Notes under the pieces: generated by a model
Told to the model about the DNA's origin: nothing
Databases searched by the model: none
The model's input: the letters and a program-made list of their open reading frames with translations, nothing else
Position numbers and translations under genes: made by a program
Shown: in pieces, positions 1-13,235 of the stretch
How the letters are laid out: each line of letters opens with the position of its first letter
Numbering within the stretch: the stretch's first letter is position 1
DNA from: Cladosporium halotolerans
Taxonomy: Eukaryota
Assembly (NCBI RefSeq): GCF_011745625.1
Contig: NW_027191457.1
Location: 744,001-808,000, forward strand
Direction of reading: 5' to 3'
DNA: 64,000 nucleotides

Positions 1-457
1 TGCATGTGGTGACTGGCTGGCGCGGGGCGTCCTTCACTGCTGCAGCCGTGCTAAGTTTCTTCACTGATGATTGTCGCATATCTCGATGATCCAGGCGGCG
101 TCGCAGGTGAATTCGGTGGCGTGTGCCTGAGATTTGCCACTCAGCGCCCAACAGCGGCGGTGTTGTTGTTGATGAATCACATTCACTTGCGCCTCGGGAA
201 GTGACGCGAAGCTTCCGTAATCGGCCTTTGGTCTAGCCGACGCGCACGGACTCTGGCAAGCAGGCGCGCATGACGCTCAGGCTCAGCCACTCGCCGTCTG
301 CCTGAGCTGCAAGCACCACCTTAAGTAGCCGCTCACCTTCCACTCACCAACCTCTCTCTTGCAAACACTCTCCGCAACACCCACCACCCTCTCTTGATCT
401 TGACCAGCAACATCCATCAACACCACACCAAACCCATCAACCTGAACCACTACAATC

Positions 458-1205
<748 letters not shown>

Positions 1206-2102
1206 GCGACTCGGCATTCGATGTTCACGACGGAGTTTTTACGGACATGACAGTTTTGGGATGGCCGCCCGGTGTGGCAAGCTGATTAAATGACACTTTC
1301 TTGAAATAGCTTTACGAATTCAATCACCCTGTAAATCGTGGGGTTTGACTTGCTCTCTTTACATTACCTTCGCCTCTTTGTTTTGATCTTCTCACGCTCG
1401 GTGAATGCGACGTCCATGACGCCAGCTCCACAACGCTTGTTGATGCTCCACCGTGCCCCGGAGATCCGCTCAACCGTTGCGAGCGAAGTGGACCGCTCCA
1501 CCGCCCATTTGCCGGAGGGAGCGGCATCCTATTGATCAACGTCCAATAGATGAGGCACGAGGATCGCTAAATCATGATTTCGAAGAGTAGATACGTGTTT
1601 CAATCTCGAGCCCACCGTCGCGAAAGTATCAAATGCGACGTTCCCTAGTAAGCTTCTGCAGGCCTGACGAGGATGCTATGCGCCTTGCCTTGAACTTGTG
1701 TACGATGCCCGTCTCTCCAAACATGTCCTGACTCGACAATTGCATTTTAGATATGCCATCTATAGAATTTTTGGTTTGTACTTGTGACCCAACTTTGCTA
1801 TGAGTATCTTCTGCCATCGTTCTGCGTGATTTCTGATATATCATGTATGCGCGAGAGCATGCAAATCGGCCTTTGCCAAGACTTCCGATCATTCACAGAC
1901 GCCGATCGCGCTGGCACATGCCAGACCAAACGTCGTGATGCACAAAGCACCTTTCGGAGTGAAAGCTACCACTTCTTTAATGCACTATTTCTGGGAAATT
2001 CGCCGATACCAGTGTTAGATGATCCTGGAGCCTAGGTCTTGCGGGAAAATCCAACTCGAATACCGAAATCATACACAATCATGAGCAACACTGCCAACAC
2101 GG

Positions 2103-4211
2103 ATGCCTTCCTACTTCTTTCACCTCAAGCTTGAGCTATATCCAGCACCAGCTCAATCTCAAGTGAGGCGCCCGGGGCATACTATCAACCACAGGAGTCA
2201 TACGTTCGTCCCTGTGCCTGGATCGGATATCTTCACCACCTCGCTACCAGCCCACAAAACGGCAAAGTGGTCCTCCTACTCATTCCCCAAGCGACCTACA
2301 ACCGCCGACGGCTCGTCAACTTCTGGCAGTGACTTCTCGTCCTCGCCGCGACGAGAAGTACCAACAGGGAATAGCGAGTCGCATGGTGACGCCCTGCTCC
2401 TACCAGAGAGGAGTCTGAACCTGCAACATCTGCCTCCGTCGCCCGCGCTCAATCCAGCCAAATTGTCGAACGAAGTGGCGGCAGAGGATTGGCGATACGG
2501 CGCTGTATCTATTGAAAGTATAGACATGGAGGCGCACGCGGGAAACAAGGCGAGCCCGGCCAAGGGCTCAAACAGCGGATTGCACACAAAAGCGCTGTAC
2601 CTGCCCTCAGATCCGAAGACGACCGAGGTGGGCTGGGGCGTGGTGCATCTATATCGCGATGCGGAAGAGACAAGTGCGTTGGAAGGAGACAACAGTGCGC
2701 GCAAGAGCTTAGAGCAGAGCGGACAAATGAACAAAGACGAGGTTTTCGATCCGGAGGATTGTACTACCCTGTGTATCCTGGCCGTGCCTTCTTGGATGAT
2801 GCCTTCGGATTTGCTTGGTTTTGTCGGAGACCAGACACGTGAGGACGTGACTCACTTCCGCCTGATAAGAACGGGAAGGGCGAACAAATACATGGTCTTG
2901 ATGAAGTTCCGTTCGGCCAAGAAGGCGAAGGAATGGCAAAAGGCGTACAACGGACGGCTTTTCAGCGCTGCCGAGCCGGAGAACTGCCACGTTGTCTTCG
3001 TCAAGAGTGTGGAGTTTCTGGGCCCCGACGAGCCGGACGTGGGCAGCTTTCCGCAATATGCAAACGACCCATTCACACCCGCAGTGAGGTCCAGCGGTGC
3101 CTCAAAATCGATGTCAAGTAAACCGCTTGCGCCTCCTCCGCCAAACCTACTAGAGCTGCCAACGTGTCCCGTCTGCCTCGAACGCATGGATGAAACGACC
3201 GGTCTCCTCACCATCCTTTGCCAGCACGTCTTCCACTGCGCCTGCCTGGAAAAGTGGCGTGGCTCAGGATGCCCCGTGTGCCGCTACACTCACTCGCCCT
3301 CCTACACATTCCCGTACCCGCGACCCTACGGCACCAACGCCGACGACGACTCCGAACCCATGTGCTCCGTCTGCGCCTCCACAAGCAACATCTGGGTCTG
3401 CCTGATCTGCGGCAATCTCGGCTGCGGGCGCTACGACTCCGCGCACGCCTACGCCCACTACGAAGCCACGAGTCACTGCTACGCCATGGACATCTCGACC
3501 CAGCACGTCTGGGACTACGCCGGCGACGGCTACGTGCACCGCCTGATCCAGAGCAAGCCCGACGCCCGCCTCATCGACCTGCCGTCCTCCGGTCAAGGCC
3601 GCCAGCGCCACGAGAACGAGGCCTTTCGTTCAGAGGGCGGCGACAGCGTGCCCCGCGAGAAAATGGAGAGCATGGCCGCCGAATACACGTACCTGCTGAC
3701 GTCGCAGCTCGAAGGGCAGCGTCGGTACTTCGAGGAGCAGGTCGAGCGCGCGGTCGACAAGGCGTCGCAGGCCTCCGTGCGCGCGGACGAGGCGGCGGCG
3801 CAAGCGCAGAAGTCGGCTGGCGAAGCGGCGCGCAGTAGGCAGGATCGCGAGGAGGCTGCTGTTGCGCTGGGGAGGGTGGAGAAGGCGCTGGAGCGCAGCG
3901 AGAAGGCGCGCGAGAAGTTTGAGAAGCTCGCGCGCGACATGTCTGGGCAGCTAAGGGAGGAGAAGATCATGAATGAGGGGTTGTTGAAGCGGATTCGGGC
4001 GGCGGATGAGAAGGCTGAGAAGGCGAAGGGGGAGGCCGAGAAGGCCGCGGCGGAGAAGAAGGAGTTGGAGGAGATGAATAATGATCTGACGATGTTTATA
4101 AGTAGCCAGGAGAAGGTCAAAGAATTGCAGGCGGCAGGCGAGGAGGTGGTGGAAGGTGGGAGTGGGGTTGTTGAGGGGCCGAAGAAGAAAGGAAAGGGGA
4201 AGAGGAAATAG
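2103..4211 (+). CDS. ETP1: BRAP2/ETP1-type RING finger E3 ligase (BRAP2 domain, RING, UBP-type zinc finger, coiled coil)
   Basis: 702-aa ORF with ELPTCPVCLERMD...CQHVFHCACL...CPVCR RING, WVCLICGNLGCGRYDSAHAYAHY zf-UBP, VWDYAGDGYVHRL and YLLTSQLE..R.YFE. Confidence 0.93.
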   Translation: MPSYFFHLKLELYPAPAQSQVRRPGHTINHRSHTFVPVPGSDIFTTSLPAHKTAKWSSYSFPKRPTTADGSSTSGSDFSSSPRREVPTGNSESHGDALLLPERSLNLQHLPPSPALNPAKLSNEVAAEDWRYGAVSIESIDMEAHAGNKASPAKGSNSGLHTKALYLPSDPKTTEVGWGVVHLYRDAEETSALEGDNSARKSLEQSGQMNKDEVFDPEDCTTLCILAVPSWMMPSDLLGFVGDQTREDVTHFRLIRTGRANKYMVLMKFRSAKKAKEWQKAYNGRLFSAAEPENCHVVFVKSVEFLGPDEPDVGSFPQYANDPFTPAVRSSGASKSMSSKPLAPPPPNLLELPTCPVCLERMDETTGLLTILCQHVFHCACLEKWRGSGCPVCRYTHSPSYTFPYPRPYGTNADDDSEPMCSVCASTSNIWVCLICGNLGCGRYDSAHAYAHYEATSHCYAMDISTQHVWDYAGDGYVHRLIQSKPDARLIDLPSSGQGRQRHENEAFRSEGGDSVPREKMESMAAEYTYLLTSQLEGQRRYFEEQVERAVDKASQASVRADEAAAQAQKSAGEAARSRQDREEAAVALGRVEKALERSEKAREKFEKLARDMSGQLREEKIMNEGLLKRIRAADEKAEKAKGEAEKAAAEKKELEEMNNDLTMFISSQEKVKELQAAGEEVVEGGSGVVEGPKKKGKGKRK

Positions 4212-4460
4212 AGGTGACGGAATGGTTGCATTAAGTATGGCGTTTTGCATAAAGATACCCTGAGAAATGAGATTATACTATGAGTGTCAAGGGCATTTGG
4301 ATCTCTATCTCGGACTTTGAGTCTCGTGTTGGTAAAAGATTCTCGTTGAATCTATGCTAGTATGGTATAGGATATCTGTTCAACCTGAATGACAAGCTGA
4401 AATGCTTTCACAAATTTCTCGACATACTACCTGGGAGGCTGTCAAAGCTCAGAGCCAGAC

Positions 4461-6398
4461 TTAGCGTCCCATCTCGTAGTTGTCCAACATCTCTCTCGGC
4501 GCCGAACTCAGCCTCCTACCCTTCCTCTCGTTCCGCTCCGTCTCCAAGCCCTTCGCGAACTTCGATGCCTCTCGGATCTGCGGCCCCTTCCAGTAGATGA
4601 TGTACACGGGGATCAACACGACAAAGGCCAGGCAGCCAAGGATCGTCGAAGCATATTCGACTTCAAAGCCGCTGCCTTGACCGATATTGGTGTATAAAGG
4701 TGTCGAGTACATTGCGGCAATACCGGCGAGGAAGTCACGGGCGAATCCGTTGCCTCCTGTGGCTGAGGCGGAGTACACGCCGTATGCAGCGACCTAGATG
4801 GTATTGATCAGCGAATGCTCTTTTCATAGTAAGAGCCTAATTCTGCTTACCATGTAGTCGATAGTACTCATGTAAATTGCATAATTCGCTATTGCGATCA
4901 TGGCGGAGAAGAACATTGGGCCAAACCAGTGTACTTGAGGCGGGCCGAGAGATGTCCACTAAGACGAGGTCAATACCATTTGTCCATGATAGAAAACCAT
5001 TCGAGGACCGGTGAACTTACAGCAAAGCCAAACAGGCCGAAGAATTCAAGCGGCGCAAGGTACAACAGCCAATACAAGCGCTGTTCAGGCTGCAGAGATC
5101 CCTTCTCTTTAATCGTCCTACGGTCCCTGGCGATCCACGGAAAGTAGCTGGCGTATGCGATGAAGTATCCGACATTAATTGGAATGAATGCCCAGGCGAT
5201 CGCCAGAGTACCGAAACCCCATTTCTCGAAGACAGGGTGAAATCCCTCCTGGAAAGTGAAAATGAGGGCGTCACTGAACCCAGACAGGAGAGAACAGCTC
5301 AAGACGATCGGTTCGCGAAAGAACATCTCAAAAGGTCTGGCCCAGGTGATGGCGAATTCTTTGGCGCTGACGCGAGGTTTCTTGACTTCGTTAGGGCCCC
5401 AGATCTCTTCACCGTTCTTTCTCCTACGTTTGGCTTCGCGGTCCATGATGATGGTTGATCTCGACTCCGGCATGAAGAAATGAATGGCTTGGACGGCGCC
5501 ACCGAAAATGAGTTGCACCCAGAAGTTCCACGCTAGAGGCAAGAACCTTGTGATGGGGCCGGCAACAACTGGGCCAATGGAGGTTCCGAGCACGGAGCTC
5601 AAGACGACATAGGCGACGGCGTATTGCTGATCATCCGCCTGGTATAGATCCGCAACCATGCCGATTGTGACAGAGCCACCGGCGGTACTGAGACCTCCGA
5701 GACCACGAGCTACGATCAAAGAGCCGAAGTTTGGTGCTAATGCGGCAAGAATCTGCCAGATGTTGATCAAGAAGAGTGATGCTTGCAAGATCCTCCAGCG
5801 ACCGAACTCTTCACTCCAAGGTGCCCATAGTTCGCATCCAAAGGCGTAAAGGACCAGGAAGATCATTTGGTTGACTCTTGCGGCCTGTTCGCTAACACCG
5901 TACTCCTCCGCAATGAGTGGCACTGCAGAAGGAAACACGCTAGTGTTGAAGTTCATCGACACTCTGTAAAAAGCGTAAGCATCACACCGACAAATTAAAC
6001 GATGAATGGTGCAATCTTACTGTACCGAGAAGATCGATGTCAAGAGCATCCACTGTGATCGATCAGCCGCAAGCTCTTTCATCCGAAACATTCTCACGAT
6101 GCATTACCTTCTTCCAAGAAGGCCATTGATAACCCAACTTGTCCCAGCAATCCTCTTCTTGCATAATACGTTTGCCATCGTCGGTGTGTGTCTGAGGGTG
6201 ACTAGCTCTATGCGATAATGCAGCGAGACTACCGCCTCGCGAGGCTCTAGGGTGTTCATTGAACTCTGTCCGTTCAGGCGAAGAAGACTCCTCGCCCTTC
6301 TCTAGATCTCGGCCGGCCTTCTCGGCAGTCTCCGCTGTATGCTGCGAGCCGCTAGAGCGTCCGGCAATATCGCCCTTCTCGCTGGGTTGCGAAACCAT
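4461..6398 (-). CDS. MFS DHA1-family (12-TMS) multidrug/polyamine transporter; exons 6398-6108, 6052-6021, 5963-5021, 4958-4851, 4793-4461
   Basis: W.SWKKW start of TMS1, LWAPWSEEFGR motif A variant, MPESR, RPFEMFFREPIV, YSASATGGNGFARD; four GT..AG introns join the frames. Confidence 0.9.
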
Positions 6399-7502
6399 GA
6401 TAACGAAGAGAAATGGTGCAAGAAAGACGCATGGATGACCTCAAAGAGACGAAACTCCGCAGAAGGAAGATAGCATATATAAACGACAGTACCTAGACGG
6501 ACAATCGACTCCGCCACGCTCTTTCGGTCGTATCGATGACCCTGCAGTGCGTATCTGCCGCATGCTCCTTCACATATGTCATCGTCGGGGAGCGCGGTTC
6601 CAACTCCGATCGACCCGATGTTAGCGATGGCCCCGTGGCACGAGTGGACAACACTCCAGCAAAATAACGGGCCAGGACGAAACGCCGTTGAAATCCGATG
6701 GACTTAGGCTCTGATAGCCAATCTCATCATGCCATGGACAATCCTATATCATCTGGTCCGTGGATCTGACTCGGTTACAACGACCAGGACTTAGTCCATA
6801 TCGTTGACTTCAATGCTGAGGCCCAGAGACCGTGCTCGCTACCGAGAGGCTTTGCTTGAGGCTTCGCTAGGCAAGACCTGACAAGGTTATTGTGATCGCG
6901 ATCGACGCCTCTTGGGGAACGCCAGATATGCCTTGGCTGATGGCAAGCAGCGGGCACTCCACCCGGATTGCCCGATCAGAGTTCCCGTAAATACGGGTCC
7001 TTCCGAAGGTTCTCAAAATTGTAGAGACAAGGCGCTGGAATGTTTTTGATGATGATACTTCGCATGCTGTTCGAAAGGCGAGCTACGTTCACCCTGTTGA
7101 TCCTTCGGGGATTTTGTTTCTACCCTGCTGCAACAGCGTTCGCTATCGATTTTGCTGCGGAGCCACGCCTCACGGGCTTTCTCACTGCTTTCGATGAGCG
7201 AGCTTTCGCAAGTTGTGGCGAGGTTTGGCGCAGGCGTGGCGTTGGGGGATCGTCGGTGGTTGCAGAGCCGCGTAGACGGAGGTGCTTCACGTGAGATGTC
7301 TGTTACATCATGGTGCTGTCAGAGCTTCGACTTGTCATCTGCACATTCCTGTCAATTATCACGTGCGCAAGCGTACCGCATCATTACAATTGCCTAAGTC
7401 AACAAGGGTATATCCGAATGCAACAGCTCGGCACAAAGCTGCAAAATGCCTTGTGCCGCATTGGCACTCATTCGTCTCAGCGAAAGAAATACAATGTCTT
7501 CA

Positions 7503-8831
7503 TCATGCTGAGAACTTGCCCCAGCCAAGGTTCGCCATGTCCTTGTCCTCATCTTTCCCAGGCCACATTATCTTTCCTCTCCAGAATGCTTGAATGTGTG
7601 CCACCGCGGTGATGAGCCACATGATGACAAGAAATATAGTGAATGCGCTGCAGATGCCATTGATCCCAGGACTTGTGAGAGCTTTGCCTACTTGAATGGC
7701 AGCCAGTGTGAGACCAGCGTTGGGAAAGATGAACTGATCCAAAAACGTTAGCAATCCGAGTATTCACGAATGTCAGGTGCTTATGGAGATACTCACTGCC
7801 CACCAATTAAGAGTGAACGACATCTTCCGGATACCCGCCAATACGGCCACAGAGCTGATGCAGAAGAACCAGAACGCGAACAGTATTACAAAAATCCCCC
7901 CCATGGTGCCAATGACTTTAACGATGTCTCCGTCTGGAACATCATTGGATGTAAACGCCTTCGTGTTTAGAATGTTCGGGGCTTGCGTGCCCAAAGATAC
8001 CAAGCCAGCCGCGGTGTAGCCAGCCGGCCCAACGGAGACGTACATGCCTGGACGTGTGGACGGTGCCGGTAATGCACTGGTCATGAGCCTCTGCATGTAC
8101 ATGTTGTACATCATGAGGGCAACAATCCACGCAAGTCCCTGCAACATTACTGCGCCTACCCACATCGGCAGCGCGTGCCCGCGGGGCTGACTCGGGATCA
8201 TCGTACCCGCCATAGGACCAATGACAAGCAGAGGGTAAATCGGAAAGATCCAAGCTGGAACAGCGTCGGTGATTTTGAGCCTCTCCTCCTGGAACAAGAC
8301 GAAATATTGGCCTATTGCAACGACCAAGACGACAGCGCAGTAAATCCAGAACAGCGCATTGAGTGCGCTAATCAGCCACGGGCCGGTGTTTGGAACGCCG
8401 TACGACTGCATGCAGTTCAGTAAGAGAGAGATAGAAACCCAATATGAGCCGAAGAACAGTCCTTCAACCGGATGGTGTAAGGAAGCAAGAAATCTTTTAG
8501 GGAACCAGAAAGCTCTCAAGAACATCGCCACGTTGAAGGTTGCGAAAAGGACCAGGTCGAGAATGAAAAATATTTTGCCAATGGTCTGCAGACCGTCAAA
8601 CTTATTCGGTGTCTGTCCGAGTACAACAGCGAGAGCGCCTGTCGACATCGTCGATGCGAACCATGGCCAAGTGAAGTGCGCGATTCGGTCTTTGAAGCTC
8701 GCGCTGTCTGGTGGATTGGATTCGAAAGGATTTGATTGTTGGTTTTCGTTCTTTTCCAGATCATTGGCGCCCTCTGTGCTCCCTTGCATCCTCCCATCGC
8801 CTGTGCGGCGTGTTACGAGATCCCTTTCCAT
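7503..8831 (-). CDS. SLAC1/TDT-family C4-dicarboxylate (malic acid) transporter, Mae1-like; exons 8831-7797, 7733-7503
   Basis: HFTWPWFASTMSTG, HPVEGLFF, PAWIFPIYP, RPGMYVSVGP, FTLNWWA|FIFPNAG; intron 7796-7734 with GTGAGT/GCTAAC/CAG. Confidence 0.92.
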
Positions 8832-10107
8832 ATTATACAGTCTCGTGATGTGTCAAGATTAGGTGTATTGTCGCGACGAGGCCTGCTCGTCAGTGTCTCT
8901 CAATTTATGAAAAAGAGTTTTCGTATTTTGTTCGCATATTAGACCTCAAGCAACGGATTGCACGCGCTGGTGGCGCATCCGCTGCGTTTTGTTTTTCTGC
9001 GTCACGGCTATACACGTCCGCGGGTGCACAGATCTCTTCCAACTTCCCCTCCAGAAATTGGATCATCTAGGTTCGGTCGCGGCAAACCTGGCTGCCAAGC
9101 CGGATCGGATGGATCGCTTGTGGGCCATCTGAACCTCCATCTGCTCCGTGGCATCTGCCTCTAGATCTTTTCAGAAGGCTCGCATCATAGTGAACTGTGC
9201 GGCCCGCGGTGATTGCGCCATTCCTTTATAATGTTGGCGAACCATAGACTTCTGGTGCCCTTCTACTGAGCATTATAACAGCGCTGTCAGAGATCTGATC
9301 CGGATCAGCGAAACTCCTGCGCCGTTGGCTCCAGTCCAAGCGAGGTTTGGACATACGTCATACTCGATGACACCAGACGCTACTGATGTATCCAAGTTCT
9401 TGCGATCCTTGGTGGGAGAACACTTGAGGTCTGGATTGGCGGTGCCGTTGCATGAAAGCTAAGCGCTTTATCAAATACAGCTTCGCCAATGCTCGGCTGC
9501 GACCAAATTTCGTTTCGTGGCGCGTGTACGTCGACGAGAAAGGCCTCTGAACAGATCCAAACAGGGCGCGAGACGTCTCTTCGGGACTCGGCTCGCGCGC
9601 AGGCGTAGGGCTGCGTTGGGCTGAAGCATGACTCGCGCCAGCCACGTCTTACGCAAGGCTGTGGGACGAGGATCGCGTCACAATCTCCTTGGAAAGCAAG
9701 TTTTTTGTCAAATTACGTTTTGGGAATCGCTTCTTGCGCGCTGCAAACCACGAATGATATCAACCAACGACTTGAAAAATCGTGTCGATTCTGTCAGGTT
9801 CCTACGTGAATACTGGAGGGTTTCACATTTAGGCTCAGCTGAATTGATTGCAAACGACGATCTGCTGCCTTTGAGCCGGAACGTTGATCGCCAGGAAAAT
9901 ATCTCCGGTGTCGGGGGACTACGAGGTAACAAGATGGGTACAGCGGCGCGTTCAGCTATCGACCAAACGGTCGCTTTCTCGTTACGATGGCAATTTCGTG
10001 CACTATCATTGCAATGATAAGCGGCTGAGTCCATCGGCGAGGGTTAGAAACGAAATGGTATTTGCATGAGCTACGAAACATTCGGCGAAAGCGTCTTCTT
10101 TATGCCA

Positions 10108-12930
10108 TTACAACAACCTCCTCGACCGTTTCTTCGCCGGACTGCTGAGACCAGGAACTTTCTTATCTTCCCTCTGCTCTGCCTTCGCCCCGAAGATAGG
10201 AGCGGCGGGAGGATTGCTCAGGGCAAAGCTCTTCCCCGCTCTCTTCGCTGGGCTCATAAGCCCAGAAACACCCTCTGAGGAAGCTTCTGCTGTCTTCGCT
10301 GGTGCGCCGAGCTTGGTCTGGAAGTCGAGCTTGGGCGCAAAACTCTTAGTTGGCGGTCCGCCGCTCGCTGGCTTCTTCTTGGGTGGCGATGCGATGAGCG
10401 ACTGGGCTTCTTGCGACGCGGCAGCAAGAGATGCTGGGGCTGGTAGTCTGCTGGCAGCAGCCTTCTTGCGCGGCATAGCTTTGGGCCTTGATGCGGCTTC
10501 GATGCTTTCAGCTGGCGCGGGCTGTGCTGCTGCTGGAAGTAGTGCAGAAGGGTCAGATCCTTTTGCTGGTGTAGCTATTCTCGATCGCCTTGGCTGCCTT
10601 TGCTTGGGTGCAGGCTGAGGCGCATCTTCGATTTCATCCGTCGTCACTGGGGCGGCGGCTGATTTTCCGGGCGTTGATGCTGTCCTCGATGCCTTCAGCT
10701 TCCTGACCTTTGGCTTGCTCGGTGTTTCGGCCGCAGGTGGAGGTGCAGGGATGCCCTCGTCGTTCTCTGGTTCAACAAGCAACGAAGCTGAGTTACCCTG
10801 CAATTTGGGCGCCGTATTCGAGTCACCAAGCTCGAAGAGTTGTACCTCTGGCTCTGAAGGAGCCTCCTGGTAGTAGGCTAGCGTCTCGTCCCACTTGACA
10901 TTGCGTGAGCTGCCGCCAGGAGGCTTTTCTCCCTCTTCTGGAGACTCCTCAATCGGCGGCTTCTCCGAGATGAGTTTCGACAGACGAAGAGGGGGCATCA
11001 ATGAGCCACCTTTATTCTTGCGAGTGTTAGAGCGGGTCAACGTGGCAAGCTCCTGCGCCTCACTACGCTTGAGGACCACAGGCTCGGTATTACCGCGAAG
11101 CGAGATCTTCGTGTGCGCAAGAGGCGCTGCTCGTTCAATACGCCTCATGTCGCGATGACTGCGCCTTGTCGTTCGGCCTTGGCAGTTCTCAGAGTCGCCA
11201 GCACTCTGCACGGGACTGGTTACCAAAGCCTCGTCATGTATGGATAGCTTTTCATCACCCAGCAAGCCCGTTGATTTTTTTGGAGATGGGCTATTAGGAT
11301 CCAGAGCTCCCAATATTTCGGGCTTCGCGGGAGATGCCAATGCCTGACGGACTGTATCTGAATCTCTCCTATTGGACAAAGATTCACGCTTCGTAGCTGA
11401 TAGACGTCTTGTCGATTTGTTTTCAGCAGCGCGATTGAGGAATGCTTGCAGAAGTGCAGTATCGTCCGAGACTCGCGGTTTCGCAGATCTTCGTGGAGAC
11501 ATCCGAGGCTCTTCTGGCGGCGCAGAAGCTGAACGTTCCATCATGGCAGCTGCGTTGTCGTTCTCCAGCACTTCAGAATCCATCCTATCTTCAGGCAACA
11601 GATCATCGCCTATGGAGGGCATCTTTTTCATTGGGCTGAAAGCGACAAGGTGAGGTGCCGTGTCCATGAATGTCTGGAAAGTCCGCTGTTTCAAAGGGCT
11701 CGTTGACTTCCGCCTGGGTGAGCGTCTTAGCGGCAGCTCCACTTCGTGAGACAATGTCGCTGGTGACAAAGGCGCGTCTTCTAGAAAAGTCGTGGCGTCC
11801 ACCATGGTTTCAAAGCCGTTCATGGCCTCACCATCCAGGTCATTAAGCTGATGGGTTCCAGGTTCCTCAGCCACATCTTCCCAGGCATCGTCGTCAGTGT
11901 CGGACGGTGCCGCCTCCTCTTCATGCGCATTTGCCGCTGGACTTTCCTCAACTTGTTCCACTAGATCGATTGTATCGGCAGGAGAAGGACTGGCAGGCCT
12001 TTCCGCAGGGACTTCCACCGTTGGCTCCTGCGCTTCAGGCCCCTCAGCCTGTGACGTGGGCGCGAAAGTTTGAGGCAAGGTTCTCCTGCGTCCGGTCTCT
12101 GCCGGCATTGCTGATGGTCGTCGGCTGACGGGACGCTTACGTGGCACGGGCGAGACAAAACCTGCAGGTATCGATGCTGGTGGAGCCATAGACAGGCCGA
12201 AGGTATGTGGTTTACTCGTCGGTGCATCGGTCCCGGTGGCATCTGGTGCCTGGTCGGAAGTCTCGTGGTGGCGCGATTTTGTTGGCATTTGCCCACTCAT
12301 ATCAGAAGCTTGCTCCGACGAGACTTCAATCGCTTGGGTTGTACGCTCGCCAAGGTCTTCATCTGCGGCTTCGACGTCCAGCCATCCCTCGTTGGCTTGA
12401 GCTTCATCAGTGTCCACGTCTAGCTGCGTGCCATCCTCATTCAGATACTCGATCACGGTCCCCTCAATATCCTCTTCAGAAGCTTCAGAAGCCGATTCGT
12501 CCTCTTCATCGGGCAAAGCGACAAGATCGTTCGCAGCTGAGCTACGGGTCGCGATGCGCTTTTGTGGAGATTCCATCTTGTCCCACTGCGATCCAACGCT
12601 ATGATTTGCACCTAAGCATACACGCTTGACGATCTTGACTGGGCTCGTTCCGCCATATCCACCACGCAAACGCTTGGTATTGCGCTCCTCCGAGGGCACC
12701 TTCGCATTGCTTGGGGCTGCACGAACGGCAGGCAGTGCGCGTTTCCAGACCTTGCCGACGCGCAACCGTTGTTTTGCGAAGGGTGACGCGGGTTTCCTCT
12801 CCCAAGCGCGCACAGGTTTTGTTCGCGTGAGGTATCCGGGCTGCAGCTGGGTGATGTCTGTCGCGTTCCAGTCCGGATTGAAACTGTCGGTGATTGTGGA
12901 TTGCGCCATCTTGTTGTCTTCGTCATGCAT
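10108..12930 (-). CDS. Uncharacterised 940-aa intrinsically disordered protein rich in S/T-P-x-K/R sites
   Basis: Long uninterrupted ORF; low-complexity P/S/E/K composition with short helical islands (SDDTALLQAFLNRA, ELATLTRSNTRKNKG). Confidence 0.8.
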   Translation of the reverse strand: MHDEDNKMAQSTITDSFNPDWNATDITQLQPGYLTRTKPVRAWERKPASPFAKQRLRVGKVWKRALPAVRAAPSNAKVPSEERNTKRLRGGYGGTSPVKIVKRVCLGANHSVGSQWDKMESPQKRIATRSSAANDLVALPDEEDESASEASEEDIEGTVIEYLNEDGTQLDVDTDEAQANEGWLDVEAADEDLGERTTQAIEVSSEQASDMSGQMPTKSRHHETSDQAPDATGTDAPTSKPHTFGLSMAPPASIPAGFVSPVPRKRPVSRRPSAMPAETGRRRTLPQTFAPTSQAEGPEAQEPTVEVPAERPASPSPADTIDLVEQVEESPAANAHEEEAAPSDTDDDAWEDVAEEPGTHQLNDLDGEAMNGFETMVDATTFLEDAPLSPATLSHEVELPLRRSPRRKSTSPLKQRTFQTFMDTAPHLVAFSPMKKMPSIGDDLLPEDRMDSEVLENDNAAAMMERSASAPPEEPRMSPRRSAKPRVSDDTALLQAFLNRAAENKSTRRLSATKRESLSNRRDSDTVRQALASPAKPEILGALDPNSPSPKKSTGLLGDEKLSIHDEALVTSPVQSAGDSENCQGRTTRRSHRDMRRIERAAPLAHTKISLRGNTEPVVLKRSEAQELATLTRSNTRKNKGGSLMPPLRLSKLISEKPPIEESPEEGEKPPGGSSRNVKWDETLAYYQEAPSEPEVQLFELGDSNTAPKLQGNSASLLVEPENDEGIPAPPPAAETPSKPKVRKLKASRTASTPGKSAAAPVTTDEIEDAPQPAPKQRQPRRSRIATPAKGSDPSALLPAAAQPAPAESIEAASRPKAMPRKKAAASRLPAPASLAAASQEAQSLIASPPKKKPASGGPPTKSFAPKLDFQTKLGAPAKTAEASSEGVSGLMSPAKRAGKSFALSNPPAAPIFGAKAEQREDKKVPGLSSPAKKRSRRLL

Positions 12931-13235
12931 CCTCGCGCCAGGCTGCTTGGGTGGCGAAACTGGGATAAGTATATTGCGCAGCCTGGTCGCGTCCGGGCGG
13001 AGGGCGGTGTCGAGCGAAAGCCAGCCGGTGTTTTGGCGACGAGATAAACAACGAAGCCCGCCTCGGCCTGTCGTGACTTCATGCGCTAGGCGCGGCCCGC
13101 TCCGGATAGCGCCACCTGAACTTCACCGCGGCGATTGCATATGCGGGTAGGAGATGTTGGCTAAGAGGTGCCCAAGACCCCGGTATCTACAGGAGGAGAT
13201 TCCATACCACCACATCACTCGTTCTATCCGACAAC

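Noticed and set aside
9352..9364. ACATACGTCATAC resembling the 5' end of fungal 5S rRNA
   Set aside because: Similarity does not extend; no internal A/C boxes or 5S structure
9358..10034. Broken minus-strand ORFs that might be a decayed gene
   Set aside because: No recognisable domain or consistent splice signals; cannot be supported without a search
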